Source: Bugula neritina (taxonomy: Eukaryota; Animalia; Bryozoa). Taken from it: a stretch of DNA of 64,000 bases. The stretch spans positions 2,294,001 to 2,358,000 of the forward strand of contig OZ037770.1 in assembly GCA_964035545.1 (NCBI GenBank), in the 5' to 3' direction. Under the pieces are notes generated by a model. That model saw only the letters and a list, made by a program, of their open reading frames with translations. It made no database searches and had not been told where the DNA came from. This document shows, one piece after another, positions 12,978 through 28,359 of this stretch. Position 1 is the stretch's first letter; the number at the start of each line of letters is the position of its first letter. The translations under genes were made by a program, and so were the position numbers.

Positions 12978-15595
12978 ATATATGTATGTATGTGTGTATA
13001 CTTGCTCTCGAAGTTTAATCAGCTCAAGCTCTTCTGCTTTTAGCTTTTCACGTTCAACTTGAAGCTGGTTTGTAACCTGTGTTGCATATTCCAATTCTTT
13101 TTGATTTTCCATATTTTGTTGCTGTATTTCTTCCCGCTTCTCATCACTTTTTTGAGCGTCTTCCTTAGCCTTATTTGCTGTTTCTTGAGCAGCTACTAAT
13201 TCTTTTTCTACTTCTTTCTTTTTTTTCTCTGTGATGTATCTTTGATATTCTATTTTGATACAGTTTTTGTCAGCTTATATTGCAGACTTTAGAATCTCCT
13301 CATAGTTTCTTACATTAAAAAATGTAGCATAATTAAATGGAACATATAGAAAATATAGCAAATATACAAGTATGCTAAATAGTGTATTGTGTTGCATTTC
13401 AACAGTTTTTTGCTGACTAATTTCATGCATTATTTTTTAGAAAATTGTTGCCAATTAAAATTAATGGTCAGTCGCAACCATATTTTTTTTAAAAAATTAG
13501 CATAATACAAAATACCAGACATTTCCCCTCACTTACTGTGGGATTGAGAAATTTGGCTTTCCATGTTAACTTGAAAGGAAGTTCCTTAATAAAAATTCTT
13601 TAAAAAGTAACTAAACACTATTTCATAATTTCAAAAGAAGTTTTTTATCCATTACAGTGCATAAGCTTCATAATTTTCATCCTGCGTAAGCTTGAAACTG
13701 CAATACGAATTAAACACTAACCATTTTATAGCACAAAATCAGGGTCCACTTTTTTTTCCAAGGTCATACTCTCTTTCAAACGCATCCAAGGCAGATTTCT
13801 CGTGGCTGTTGAGCAGCTAGGTAAGATGTTCCTCAGAAAGAAGAGTTTCAAACTTTTTTTTCTGAAACAAAAAACATTCATATATGTAACTATAAATATA
13901 TTTTTTAATGACATTTTTTGTAACAAATATAAAGACTTGCTGATATGGTTGTTTCTGCAATTATGTTTTATAATACTTTGCTAGTAGTCAATCTATTAAT
14001 GTTTTATAACAATATGTTTCTAATAGCTAAACATTTAGTTAGGTACAGTCTGATAAAATTCAAAGAATAATAAAATTTCCAGCTAAAACTTCTTTTAATC
14101 TTGACTTTTACCCCCACGCATGTTTTCTATTTTATAGCCAGCCTATACCTGCTCTTTCATTAGGGTTCCATAGTGTTGGTGAGCCGAGATATATATTTTG
14201 TTCATAGTCACATCAATTGCAACATCTCTAGTGTTTGGCAAACCATCTTTATGGTTGGCTATCCTCTTTTCAAGTTCCTGAAATTTACCAAATAGGCTAC
14301 AGTCAAATTGTGGGATTTTCCTACCCAAGTACAAGTTTAAGGTTCTGCCTATCACTTCTTTATGTAGTTGTGAGTTCGGTTTGCTGATCTTTTTCTTTTG
14401 TGCCTGTTGCTCGGTAGCATCATTTCATTTGAATTTAACAACTATCCAATTTTTCAATAATCATATATATCTATATTTATCCTTAGGATAAATTCAGAAT
14501 ATTCCATAACAACAAAGGATAGTTATTTTAAACCTGTGTGTTGAAAGATAGATAATCTATCTAAACTCATTTAGGTTGATTGATTAAACAGCCTCGGTTT
14601 TTGAAAAAATATTTGTATTAAATAAAAATGTTCCCTTGCTAAAATATAGATACAATCTATGCTAGCTTGAATAACTAAATTATAAATAGTCAGAATATGG
14701 GCTGAAATTAAAATATTTAAACACTATAACTTTTAGTGTGCTTTTGATGCTAGCAAATAAAGTAGACAATTTGCTTTTGGGAACCATGCTTTTCTCAAGC
14801 ATGTTTCTATATGGTCTGAATAGAACTCAATTAAACCACAAGCTGTTGCGTTATTGCACTTACTTCAAACAGTTTGATTGCAAAAGCCACAGTGCATTGC
14901 TTTTGACCTTTATGGTTGACCAGATAACGGAAAAGAGTTTTACAGTGCTGCAAGAAACTTTCACCAATGTCTTCAGCTGCAAAAAAAATTAAAATTCAAC
15001 AACGAAGTACATTTTATCATCTTTTGATCACTCTCAAATAATACCAAGCAATTTCTGGCCCTAAATTACTTTTTAATAGCATTTGTGTAATAACATTTAG
15101 TAAACCCAACAAGAGGTTCCACATTATGGGTTGATGGTATATTAAGAAAATAAGAATGCAAAAAATTTTTAAAGAATATATTTTGATTATAATACAATAA
15201 TACATGGCATAAGATCACATGGATCTATAGAAATATAGTTCTATGACGATTTCTATTATGTATGTTTTGAAGTTGGCAACAATTAAAATATTGAAAAATA
15301 TTAGCAGCAAGTCTACTAAAAATTATTTCTCACTTTCTATCTGAGAAATTAAATTTGAGCCATCAGACAACTCCTAACAAGTTTTTGGTAGACACTAATG
15401 CAGTGAAAACTACCAATTTGCACATCTTTTTTATGTAACTATAAAATTACCATTAAGCAGCAGTGTCCCTTCTCTAGCCTGGTGACTAGCAAGCTTTGAT
15501 GAAGGAGGAGGCAGGTTGAAGCACGTCACACTTTCAAAACACTTGGAAATTTGATCTAAGGCAGCAATTATTCCATCTTTTGTTGCACTTCCTCC
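12275..15595 (-). pseudogene. Atlastin/GBP-like (GB1/RHD3-family) GTPase pseudogene, C-terminal part (locus C)
   Basis: Six phase-compatible exons: 15595-15451 (..LDQISKCFESVTCFNLPPPSSKLA.., cf. atlastin IHSCFTNISCFLLPHP), 14976-14864 (EDIGESFLQHCKTLFRYL..), 14277-14149 (..DGLPNTRDV..SAHQHYGTLMKEQ), 13861-13722 (..SHEKSALDAFEREYDLG.., stops at 13817-19 and 13739-41), 13308-13002 (coiled coil, stop at 13275-77), terminal 12445-12275. AATAAA on the minus strand at ~12188-12193. P-loop exons not found. Confidence 0.8.
12671..12898 (+). mobile_element. tRNA-derived SINE, near full length, inside a (TA)n tract
   Basis: A-box-like GGTCTAGGGGTTAGAG, B-box GGTTCAAACC, core GGTGATGTTAGGAAGAGCATCCAGTC; at least four other copies in the window. 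Confidence 0.85.
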
Positions 15596-15961
15596 CTGTC
15601 ATTCAACATAGAACAAATTTCTTTTCAAAAGAGTTTCCTAAAGTTATTTGTAAGTGATCATCCCCCAACACTTAGGCACTTATAGTCAACTACAGTTGCA
15701 TACAAAACATTTTATGTATTAAAAAATTGCATACATTATCATGGCTTTATATAAAGGAAGCAAATATTAACACATCAACATCTTGACAGCACTCAAAAAG
15801 TATCTCTTCTATGTAAGTATTTGTAAAACATTAAAGATCAAAATAACTATTACCTATATAAAACATCATTAGTTAGCCAACATTATTTTATATTGGCAGT
15901 TTCTTCATGTTTTGTTGTACTCAAAGGCAATTTAAGTGTAGATTCATGCTGTGTGTTATAC

Positions 15962-16000
<39 letters not shown>

Positions 16001-16003
<3 letters not shown>

Positions 16004-16200
16004 GGTTTTTAGGGAATAACTCAAAGAGTTTTTGTCTTACTTTAACAACCTACACATCCATGAAATTATAGCTCGTGCATTTTTCTTTCATATATATACT
16101 GCTTTATTTTTTGAAAAATTAGTTTCTGTAAAAGTTGTTACATATAAGAGGTAAAATTTTACACCCTCTGTGTTCCAATGATACATCATACATATCGGTA
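16001..16200 (+). repeat. Interspersed repeat family Y, inverted relative to 18350-18513
   Basis: AACGGTTT...AAAGTTGTTA..GTAAAATTTTACACCCTC matches the reverse complement of 18350-18513. Confidence 0.7.
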
Positions 16201-18074
16201 TTATTGAATTTAAAGTCAAAACTTGGTATTACTTTATAGGTCTTTTTTCTTAATTCGCTTGTGTTTTAAAATTTTGTTTATGCTCTTAACATTTTGGGGA
16301 AAACCTAGAGAATTTTGTAATTTTCATATTATTTGTTCAGTTTTGATTTTTGGTGCATTTGGCTATGCTCTTGTGATCATTTGCCCCTTCCCCACTATAC
16401 TTCCTGCTATACGCAATGTCACAATAACATATTAGCTCCTTTTCATGCTTATTAGCGGTATGCTGTATTTTTTTCATTATGTTACTTTAGTACTAAAGGC
16501 ATTCGTTGTTTATCTCAACTTTTAAAAAAAAACTATCAACACAAAATAGTATTGGGTATGTTATAGTCAGTACAGCTAATTTTGACCGAGCTTAACAGAT
16601 CATGGTTTTTTAGTTAATATTGGGAGGTTTACTAATAGCTTACTACAAATTTGAAAGTTTTAGTAGAGCAAGAACGCACCAAAGTAGTCTTCTGCAATAA
16701 CTTTCTGTGCCCTAAATAGAAAGCTATAGAACAATCACAAAATTTCTTTTGATTGTACAATGATAAATTCACCATAGAATGCAAGGTATACTTTGCTATC
16801 ACAAAAATGAAGCTATAATTGCTGTATCTGATGTTTATTCATCATATAAAATTAGGCTTTTAGTTGAAAATTTATTCATCCTCTATTCTAAATAAAACTG
16901 TGAAGATGAAACAACTGCAATTTTTTACTGTTAAAATTATTGTTAAGACGAAATACTAATACACATTGAACATGTGTAATGGATTTTCTCAACGCATACA
17001 GTGGACATCTTTTCTATTTGCAGTTTAAATTTTCGCATGCAAAAATACGCACAATGTTGTCTAGGCTAACTGTGTGCGACAGTATTGTAATTACTTGATG
17101 CGTATCCTTTTGAATGCTGTAATTATAACTATAGTGAGGTACCTTTTCAATGCCTAAGTGTTGTGATTGTTGTTAAAGCTTTCAGCATAATGTAATTGCA
17201 CTGAATACACATTTGAAGTTATGTAATATTTTTCTTATACTAATGTTCTGCCCGAGATTGGCATTTCAGAATTCTGAAATGCCGAATATCGGTATTTCGA
17301 ACCTACCCGATTTCGGACAACAAAAGAAGTTTTTTTGTTCCATGTATATTAAAGCAAGCGAGTTCCAGTGCAGTTTAAAATACCACTGGAGCTCGCTTGT
17401 GAAGGACCTTTGCTTTTGATCTACGATAAAGATTGCTACTATCTACAACTACATCACCTTTTGTTCTTTCTTACAAAGATATATTTTCTACACTTAAGTT
17501 GCATTCAACCCACAAGTTTATCACACATGCCTAAAATGTATGAAGAATTCAAATTATTGAGCTATTACATTGGTTTGAAATAGTGTTGGTTATCTGAGTT
17601 TTAATATTTTAAAAAAGTTTTGTTTTTCTTTCCCAGTGCAGATAGAAAATTTGGGCATCGACTTAAGAGTCAGATGCCCGATGAGAAAAATTTTATAATT
17701 GGCATTCGGGCACCATATTTCAGGCTAAATTGCAAGGGATAATTCTAGTATTGTTTTAAATGTGTGGGTTTTGTCTACTCTCAGTTAGTTTAAGGTCATG
17801 TTTTTTTCAGTTTCTGGCTCTTTGCCAGGTGCTTTACGTCCTATATGAACAATGTTCCACTGATAGCTCAAACAGGTTGAGTGTTACAGCAATAAAAAAT
17901 ATACGAATAAATAAAGCAACTTATGTTCTCCGATATACTTTTTTTAATTTTTTCGAAAGCCCCTTCAATTTCAAGTTATAGCTTGTTGAAAAATATTGTC
18001 CCCCTTTCAAATATTTCCTAACTCATACACTCCTGACTTGTTATTGTATCTCGATATGCCTCGTATTTGAGTGC

Positions 18075-18513
18075 TCGTTAGTCACGCTTCACTAACTCCG
18101 CCTCTACTTATACTATACAAGTGCCAGCCGGCAAATGTACTAGGAAAGTTATAATTAGTCACAGGATCGTAGCTAGGACCACTATATGAAGAATGTAGAT
18201 AACTGCAATGAAATTTGCAAAATGGTGTATGTTTTGACCAAATTGTGAGGAGCATAAACTGAATTTCGAAAAACAAAGAAAGTATTTCAGAGAAAACATA
18301 CCAAGGAACGTCAAGTTTAGATTTTAGACTTAATCAAATTAATCCCTTAGCAGTGGAATATGGAGGGTGTAAAATTTTACTTATTGTATAACAACTTTAT
18401 CCAAAAATTTTACTTTGAAAAAATGAAAAAGTATATGGAAGAGGAGCTATCTCTTCATGTACAATTTGTCAATGTGAGACAAAAACTGTTCGAGCTATCC
18501 TCTGGAAACCGTT
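18075..18513 (-). repeat. Interspersed repeat family Y
   Basis: 18120-18320 is an inverted match to 46015-46210 (near-identical spurious ORFs MFFEI.FML.TIWSK..); 18350-18513 matches 16001-16200. Confidence 0.75.
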
Positions 18514-19864
18514 GATATATAACATAAAGCAGTGCCTGAATTTGGAAAGTTATGACCTTAAACTAACTGTTCTGCTGACAGTGTTAATTGAACATTGAAA
18601 TCTTTGGGAGTATGAGAAGCTAAAATAGGTAGATGTCAAGTACTTTATTGTAAACCTGCTCAGAAAAGGGGCCAAGGCATAGCCCTTTACAAGTAGAAAA
18701 TATTGCGGTTGATAAAATAGTTCCAAATAGTCTACAGGAATGTTTCTTCAAAACTGATTCGCAACAGGAAAAACCCTGTTTTTGTATACTAAAGCTTCTT
18801 TTGCACAAAGGCCCAATATGTCTCCTTGGTAAGTGTAAATTGATGTCAATTTGAACTTTTGACCTTGTTGTCTAAAAATGGTAGGCGTGGCTGTTTTTTG
18901 GCTAACCTCTGAGACCGACTTCTGCACCAGCTTCAATTTAAATTTATTCATATTATATACTCATTAGTCATGCTCATTTTATAAAATTTAATTTAGGCTA
19001 TTCAATTTAACAAATATATTATCATTAGGTTACACATATGTCTTATCAACATTAATTTTTTGTAATAATTGCATTTTTACTTTCAAACAATAAAGTTATT
19101 GTAGTGAAATTAGTGTGAGTTTGCTCAGCTATCTTTGATATATTAAGAACCTACAAAGAAAAGCTTTCTACAGCACAGCCAGTGCTAACTAAAAAACCTC
19201 TGGCACTTGGCAATAATTGGTGCTAGTGGACTAGTTGTAATTTTAGGAGAGCAAAAAAATGTTGATGGTGTCACCTAGTGTCCAATAATGCCAATCAGTG
19301 TAATGCTAGATTATTACTATTCTAGACAAATGAAGGACATCAGTGAGGATTTATTGCCTGAATCATAGCCTAGTTCACTACAGTTATCAACACACAATCT
19401 CAAACTTTCACCTATATACCATAGATGAAAAGTCTAAATAATGTCTATACAACCAAACATTTAAGTAACATTAGCTCACAACCTTTCAGCAACGTTGTCA
19501 AACATTTATGCAATGTTATGACAAAATTTGTATTATTCGTTTATGAAACGTTGGTAAAACACTTTGGAACAAACGTTTGGCAAAGCGTTGTATATACCTC
19601 GATCGTTGTATCTAAAGCAAAAATTGGGTCTACATTTAAACATAACTTTATTAAAGATTTTTAACGATGTTTATACATTATAGTGACATTTTTTGTTAGT
19701 AGGAGTTGTACACTAGTATCTTGGTAAACTTACTGTGTCCTCGAATTGTTGCGGTTGATGTTTAAGCTTTTTTCATCTTCTAAGATAAAATTTCGAGTTA
19801 GAAATATCAAAGATCCATTTATGATTTTTGGTTTATCAGACATTCCAGCATATGTAGCACAGCC

Positions 19865-20968
19865 CTAGATGTTTTAAAAACGAGGTATTATGTTTAAGTA
19901 AACTTCAAAAATAATTTTTGACTAATTCACAATCTTAGATATGGAGTACCAAATGGTAAAAAATTAGCTTATTTTTGCATCTCATATGATTATAATAAAG
20001 TATCTAACCATTATTCTCTCTCATATGCTCACAAAATGCTCTCATTGGTCTATAATTTGCTCTCATACCCTTATTATTTGTGCTCTTAGGTCTATTATTT
20101 GGTCTCACACTGTCATTATTCATTCCCATACCCTTATTTTTCTCTCTCTTATGCTCATTATTCAGTCTCATACTTCCACTATGCACTCTCATACCCCTAT
20201 AATTTGCTCTGTTATAGACATTATTCACTCTCTTATGCTTATTGTTCTCTCTCATACCCCTATTACTGTCTTGCTTTTGTGTACACGTCATAATAGTTGA
20301 GTACATGCCAGTCTATTCCGGTCACACTACTAAGCTCCACTCCATTTATCAAATCTGATTGGATAACTGCAATAATAAATGCTGGGTGGGTGCCTAGGTT
20401 TAGTTAGCCATTCTTCATTCATAAATATCAGTCTAGGAGTGCACAACTTAAGTTATACCAGCTAGATTCTTATTTCGATATCAACTTTTAAGCTAAATCA
20501 CCCTTAGAAAATTTGTTGGTTGGGCTTGCGAGTTCCTATAATATCTATTCAAACAGAATAGCATTTGCTTTAAACTTCTAGTTTGAGATAGAATTGCTCA
20601 AATTTGTATAAGTGGTGTTTAAAATGCAGCCTAGCAGTTCACAGATAATTGTAGGTAAAAAATCTTATTAAATAAATAGCTGACAAGCTAAATATGTGCT
20701 TTTTAATTCAATGCCAAAATACTAAAATTAGCAGTTGGTTATTTTCACTAACTTCAAATGCGACAAACTATTATTAAATTATGAGCTGCCAGCCAATTTT
20801 ATCACGTTCATAAGTGTAACTGCCCCCTGCCTGAAGATTCATACAGGTGTATTTTTTAACGTCGTTTATTTTCCACCAAAGTTGTTCACACCATTTCACT
20901 CTTTCTAGGAGAAAGTTAATATAAGTAAGAAATATTTTACACCATGTGGTTGTGAGAATAGCTAATAT
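19865..20968 (+). mobile_element. Interspersed repeat family X containing a 21-bp minisatellite
   Basis: About 13 units of 21 bp (e.g. CATTATTCACTCTCTTATGCT) at ~20010-20280; inverted copies at 23385-24090 and 29835-30863. Confidence 0.8.
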
Positions 20969-23384
20969 ATACGAAAGTAAAATATGTGAATATCTGAATA
21001 GAACCCTGCCACCTGAGGGTTCTTACTGTTGTGTCCTGACTAAATGTGTATATTTGTTTTACTCATTATGTGAAAAGTTAATGCATTTATTTTCTTATTC
21101 ATCATTTTGAGTGCAATATCAGAATGGGCTTGATTGTAAAGCAGTGAGCGAGTTGTCATAGTTAGTGCAGTCAGTGCAAAATAAAACATTTTACTCTTTC
21201 ACATACACGCAATCCATCTTGTTATACTTACTAGAATAGCCATGACAATAAAATGCAGTAACATTTTAATGTGAAAAGTGACAAAAAAAGTACTAAAGAT
21301 ACAAGAAAAGTTGGTGACCCATCGTTGTTGAAATATGTGACAACACAAAGGCAGCAGTGGATTTATGCTTATAGTGTGGCAATCTCTGTAAAATTTTATA
21401 ATGGCTTTAGCAAATGATGATTGAGCTAAATCAAATATTATACCAACATGTTGAATTGCTCCAGCTGCGGTTACCTTGTGGCTATCAATACATTGGCAGT
21501 AAAGTGTCAGTAAGCTAGCTAACAGAACTAAATTAGTACAGCAAATACAGCAAGTACCGCACAGCAGCCAAAAATTGTTCAAGTAGCAAGTAGCAACAGT
21601 TTTATGATTTCAGTCTGGGTTTTTAAATTACAAACAGTTGCTATATGAAATGTACCTATAATATGAAATGGTTGACTAGCTGAATTTGTGGTCCCTGTCA
21701 CTTTAAAGTGCCTTTAAAATTAGAAAATGCTGAGAAAATTTTGTTAAATAATCTAATAATGGCCGAAAGTCTTTGTAACAAATAAAAAATACAACAAAAT
21801 TAATGTCAAAAGCTAAAAAAAAATTTTATGATAAACTCCAACAGCTCAAATGTTAGGTGACTTTGAAGTTGATCAAGTAATGTTTTTCTTTGTATTTCTC
21901 GCAGCCAGTTTGAGTAACTTATAAAAAATTAGTGTTTTCAGCTGGTCATTTTTTTCAAAAGTCATAAAATACTTTTTTTGAAACTTTCTAGCAAAGTACT
22001 TTATACCTGCAGCGCATTTGGAGGTTGCCAGATTATAACTGCTCATTGGGGTAAAACTGCGTATGCCCCAGTAAATCTACAATTATCCTAATGCTTGCAT
22101 ACTGTTCTATTAATAGCCAGGTGCTATTAAGTATAATAACCAGCTATTAATAAACGTCTTTCTACTAATAGCCATTGCTTTCTTACTGATTATGTAAAAT
22201 TTACTCTGTGGGTATTTCTGATTACACAATTTTTATGAGTTGGGATTTCCCAGTGAAATGTAGGTAACTTGTAGCAAACATAATCCTGCAACACTCACCA
22301 GAATGCTTCTGGTGTGAGGCAGCTATAGAGAATTGGTTAATTCAAATATTGCATTTATTATTTCATTATTTTGCATAAAACAGTTACAACTTCTAAACTT
22401 CATTCTGTGCAATGCAGCGGTAAGCCTGTAACCAACCATTTTTTAATCATAGCACACAACAATTAAAATAAACTTATATTGAACTGGTTCCAAAAGTATG
22501 AACCAGCTATATAGGCCAAATGTATACTTGAGCTTAAGCTTTACTACCATCCAATTTTCATGGGAACCTGGTATCAGCGAAAGAAATTGTAATCCTAACT
22601 GTAAACTTGGCTGCAGCCTGTCAAAAGGTTATTGTTGATTAGTTTACAAAATATTACTATTTACTCAAATGAACCAATATTACATAATATTGTTAAGAAA
22701 ATACTTCTGTTTTCGTTGCTTCAAACATATTGTAGGATAATGCAGCAATAACCTCTGAGGCATAAAACCATTGGACTATAACCTATAGTTAAAACTTTTA
22801 AGAATAGCGTACTTAACTGTAGCTTATGTATTTAAAATTACTGATAATTTCTGGAATTGCTTCTCCTGTGATTATCTCCTAAGTATCAAGTGGCACAAAC
22901 CAAGCCCGTATTGTTTTGCTCATATAGCTAAGTTCTATAAGTTCTATATAGCTAGTTCTGTAAGTATGAATTATTCATTTTATTTACTTTCATAAATATT
23001 TGTGTTACATCTATACAGGATTGAGATAAGAATCTTATAGTGCCCACAATATCAAGTAGGTGCAGTAATGGAGATATTGAAAACCACATATAAGAATTTA
23101 CTATACAACATACAACTATAGAATCATCAAAATATAATAATTCTACGAGGTATTAGGAAATACTAGCTGTTCTTGTCTAACACTGCCAACAATACAAAGC
23201 ACTAGTCAGTCCTTGTCTAACAGCTGTATATCCTTAGCTTTCTACACTTCTAAATATGTTAATAGTCACTAGGGCTCATCTAACAAAAGCTAAGAGCTTA
23301 ACTAACAAAATGTTATTAATAAGGATTTTTTTGTTAAAATCTCTATTCCTGCACCTAACTGCACAATATTCTGGTAAAACTTAT

Positions 23385-24090
23385 TTCACTCCTAGACTGA
23401 CACTTATGAAGGAAGAATGTCTAACTAAACCTAGGCACCCACCCAGTATTTATTATTACTCTTGGTGTCATTGCAGTTATCCAATCAGATTTGATAAATG
23501 GGGTGGAGCTTAGTAGTGTGACCCGAATAGACTGGCATATATACTCAACTATTGTGACGTGTGCACAAATACTAGTGAGTCAGAATCAGGCGAAAAAGCA
23601 AGACAGTAATAGGGGTATGAGAGAGAATAATAAACATAAGAGAGTGAATAATGTCTATAACAGAGCAAATAATAGGGGTATGAGAGTGCATAGTGGAGGT
23701 ATGAGACTGAATAATGAGCATAAGAGAGTGAATAATGTCTATAACAGAGCAAATTATAGGGGTATGAGAGTGCATAGTGGAAGTATGAGACTGAATAATG
23801 AGCATAAGACAGAGAGAAATAAGGGTATGGGAATGAATAATGACAGTGTGAGACCAAATAATAGACCTAAGAGCACAAATAATAAGGGTATGAGAGCAAA
23901 TTATAGACCTGTGAGAGCGTTTTGTGAGCATATGAGGGAGAATAATGGTTAGATACTTTATTATAAGCATATGAGATGCAAAAATAAGCTAATTTTTGAC
24001 CATTTGGCACTCCATATCTAACATTGTGAATTAGTCAAAAATTATTTTTGAAGTTTAATTAAACATAATACCTCGTTTTTGAAACATCTA
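23385..24090 (-). mobile_element. Repeat family X copy with an extra 84-bp (4-unit) duplication
   Basis: Reverse complement of ~19865-20440. Confidence 0.8.
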
Positions 24091-24107
24091 AAACGGTGAG
24101 ACTTAAA

Positions 24108-24142
<35 letters not shown>

Positions 24143-25122
24143 TATATATGTATATATAACTGTGTGTGTGTGTGTGTGTGTGCGTGCGTGTAAAAACCTT
24201 ATATACGGCTTTCTTTGCTTAATAAAAACTAATTAGATTTGCGTGGTATTTGTAAATCTTAATCTCAACCCTTGACACATTAACGAAAACCTTCTAACTT
24301 GTTATAAGCAAACCAAATGATTTGGTTTTGCAATAATTATAAATTGTTTTATTTAAACTATATTTTATTTTCTATGCTTTGAATACCAGTGATTCTCATC
24401 TTATAATATATGATATGTAATCATCATAAATTGGGTAGTGAATAAAAGAATTTGAACTCATTTTTTAGTCTGAAACTCAGCCCTAATTTTGCAGGTGTTT
24501 CTGCTCTGTAGAAATAAACATATGGATTTCTGTAAAGTGTATAGACCTCATTGCAGTGGCCAGGTATATCCTAAAATTCAAGTCTCAAAACATGTGCCTA
24601 ATTCACTTTGAAGCTGTGCGTCAAGTATAAGTATTTGTGTGATATACAGTTCAAGTTATAAACATTTTCAAACAGTTTAGTTTTTGCATCAAGCATTATA
24701 TATTTAAGCTTCTAAACAACGATCCATTATTGATGATGTCAAAGTCAATTTTTTATTATTATTTGAATCCTGCTCATATTAATGGAAATTATATAAATTA
24801 TCACAACCAAAAATGCATAATAAGATAAATTGAATTAAACTAAGTTGTATAAGTAAACAGATTTTTTTCTAGAATGATTGTTATAATTATAGCAAGTTGA
24901 ATTTGGAAACACTTTAACATAATAATTAACAACGGCTCTAAGTTGCTACATTTCACACTAGCAAATGTTTTATAGAAAAGATGATAAAGAGAAAAATCAA
25001 AAATAAAATCAAAATTAAACTTTTGCCATGTGTACGTGAAAAATTCAGACTGGTAATAGTAATTAATATAAACTTTCACTTTATTTTTTAGCATTTTGAC
25101 ACAAGATGTTATGAGTTTCTAA

Positions 25123-27495
25123 TCAAAGAGCATCTTCCAATTTTCCAATGTATTTTTTACATAAATCTGAATGACTTATGAAATATCCAGAGATTTCATA
25201 CTCCAAACTAAAGTCTCTTACAACTCTACTGACTGCAGAGAGTCGTGTATTCAGGTTCGAAATTATTGTCTCTTTGCCATCTATCTAAAAACACACATTT
25301 TTATATTCTACACTTTTGAAGAAATAAGTTATGATAAGCATACTATAGTAGTTATCAAATTGGAATGAGTTGACTTGACAAAAAACTAATATATAGTAAT
25401 TTCAGAAAGCAGCGATTTCAACGATAATGAAATGGTTATAGAAAGTTAAAAAAACAAATAAACATAATAAGTGATGTCCTTGTACATGTTCACTTAGGTT
25501 TTATTCAAATTAAAATTAAGCATTAAGGTTGCCTTCAGATTTTTTACACATAGGTTCGTCAATGAGTTAACTCATTTTGCCCGCTCGAGTAGCCTTTGAT
25601 GACTTTACAAGAGGTTGCACTGTGTTCACTTACAATGCATTTGTAAACTAACAACTATTTATTACTCACAATATGTTTTATATAAACTTTTATCTAAAGT
25701 GTCTCCATAAATATTGTCAACTTATTTAATACTCTTGATGTAGCGAGAAACTAGTTTAATAGTTACAATTGTTGCGCCATTCTAAGTTTGTGCAGTAATT
25801 ACTAAAAATACTTTGCCTTAAAATAAATTCTGAATAATTTATCACCAAAATTCTCACACTCTAGAAATTATTGCAGATAGAGAAATTAGATTTAATTATA
25901 TTTTTAAGATCTGCTGTTGATTTAAAAAGAGTTTGATGCATCTGCACCACATTTAGTGTAATGAAATATTAAAACAGAGAGCTCCTGAAAAATTCACTTG
26001 AAATATCAAAATGTACATTATAAGAATGATTCTTTAACCTTTAATCTATGCTGCATAATATAAAAAAGGAAAACAGAGTCATATTTGATTTAATAAATAA
26101 ATGAGTTCTGCTCAGAGCTAATTAAGCCATGTTTTCAGAGAAAAAATTGCCCTCAGATGTCGGTCAACTTATTGTGTAAGTTGAGACACAAACTTATCCA
26201 ACTAGCACTGGCATAGCTAAACAATTATATTTTAATGACGCCAAAAGGCTAACCTAAGACCTGATATGAACCGAGAATAATTTGATGACTACAGAGCTAA
26301 ATTGAATATGCTTATATGCAGCTACTCTCAAACTCAAATATTAATATAAAATTAAGTGATATATCAAACAATTATCACACTAAATAAAAAAAGCTATCAT
26401 GGTCAATTCTCCTGTAAAAATGAAGTCTATAGAAGATAACAATTTTACTAAAGAATAGAGCAAAGATCGACTTGATGAGTGAGATCCTTAAGATGCAGAC
26501 AGATACAAGACACAATACTAATGGTGATAAATACAACAAGAAAAAGTAATTAGATGTCATTTTAAACTTTTATGTTTTCAGCATTATGGTACTAATGTGA
26601 CTTTCCAACTATTATTATTTGTGAAGTTAACTCTCTATTTGATATTATATAAAATAACATAATATTATTTTTGGTCCAATATACTTGCCATAGTTTAACA
26701 TGATGAGATATAAATAAGCAAAAATGCCAATAAACTTTTTATGCAAGCTTACTAGTTATAGGCCAAAATGGTTGTATATATAGACACTCAAACACTCGTG
26801 ATAGTTAATTGAAAGTAATGTTCTAATTGACAAGTTCTATACAACCCTAAGTATGTGATGTGTAGAAACAAATATGCTCCTTTATATACTATTGTAATGA
26901 TTTGATTATTTGTACAAACTTTTGCTCAAAAATCATTCAGTACAGCCTTTAAACTACTCAGATGTATAAGAAATCCAAAAACTTCGAGTTAAATATTTGC
27001 ACTTCAATTGCTCTGATTAAAATAAAGTCAAGCCAAGTAATGTGATTACCTTGTGGTTTAGGTTGGCTATTTGTTGATTTTTCTGGAAGACCTATAAAAA
27101 AAAGTGTATGGCAATAATTTTTAAAATTTTGGGGGAGGTGTGCTTATAACCATTGCACCACGGAGAATACTGGGTAAACTATAAACACTACATGCTGTCG
27201 ACATCTAAATGTTGAATTTCAAAAGTGAATATTACTCAAAAATGTTTAATCTATTATTATTATTACTATTATTATTATTAATATTTTATCAAATATTGAC
27301 TTATTTTTAGTTCAAACATAATTATAAGGAAATTACAATTTACTGACAAAAAGTATGATCAAATGCAAGAAACTAAAATTATGTGAATGAATAGTATAGT
27401 TCATTTCTAAAGATAAATTTCTTTAGAATCATGAGACAATAACACACAAAGAAGACATTTGTTGTTTGCGCAAATTGTTATAATCTACTGTATAG

Positions 27496-27539
<44 letters not shown>

Positions 27540-27906
27540 CCCAAACCTTTTTTTATAGCGAGATATAAATGTAACAAGAGAAATTTTTGCGATTACCTGT
27601 TCTCGTAAGGCAATCAATTCTCTTTCACTTTCTTGAATTCTTGCATCTTCTTTTTCTTTAAGCTTTGTAATTTCTTTTTCGAGTTTGTTGGCTTTGTTTT
27701 TTCTTTCTTCCAGTTCATTTTTTGCTGCAATTGCTTCTAGCTCTGTGAAGTGAAGTTTATTTGCAGTTTATTTTTCTCTTGCAGCTGCTTCTGCTGCTTT
27801 AGCTTCAAGTTCCTCTTTCATTGCTTCCGTTTTCTGAATTCGATATTCACTCTTTACTTTGTTTTTCTCCATATCCAAGAAAGCAACAAGGTCAGCTAGG
27901 TAGCAC
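25123..27906 (-). pseudogene. 3' part of an atlastin/GBP-like paralog (locus D) with a premature stop
   Basis: Exons 27906-27597 (R|[14 protein letters not shown]...AREK*TANK...ELIALREQ; TAA at 27768-70), 27091-27050 (42 nt, VFQKNQQIANLNHK) and terminal 25284-25123 (IDGKETIISNLNTRLSAVSRVVRDFSLEYEISGYFISHSDLCKKYIGKLEDAL*). All are AG/GT bounded and phase compatible. Confidence 0.8.
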
Positions 27907-27908
27907 CT

Positions 27909-28303
<395 letters not shown>

Positions 28304-28359
28304 AATAAGTATACGAGAAACATTGTTGATTTATTACTTCATTAAGTAAAGTAATTATA

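Noticed and set aside
18620-18951. Overlapping minus-strand ORFs upstream of locus C
   Set aside because: No recognisable motif or compatible splice sites
22215-22270. TGKSQLIK on the minus strand as the missing P-loop exon
   Set aside because: No upstream Gly of the Walker A motif, an immediate stop and no splice support
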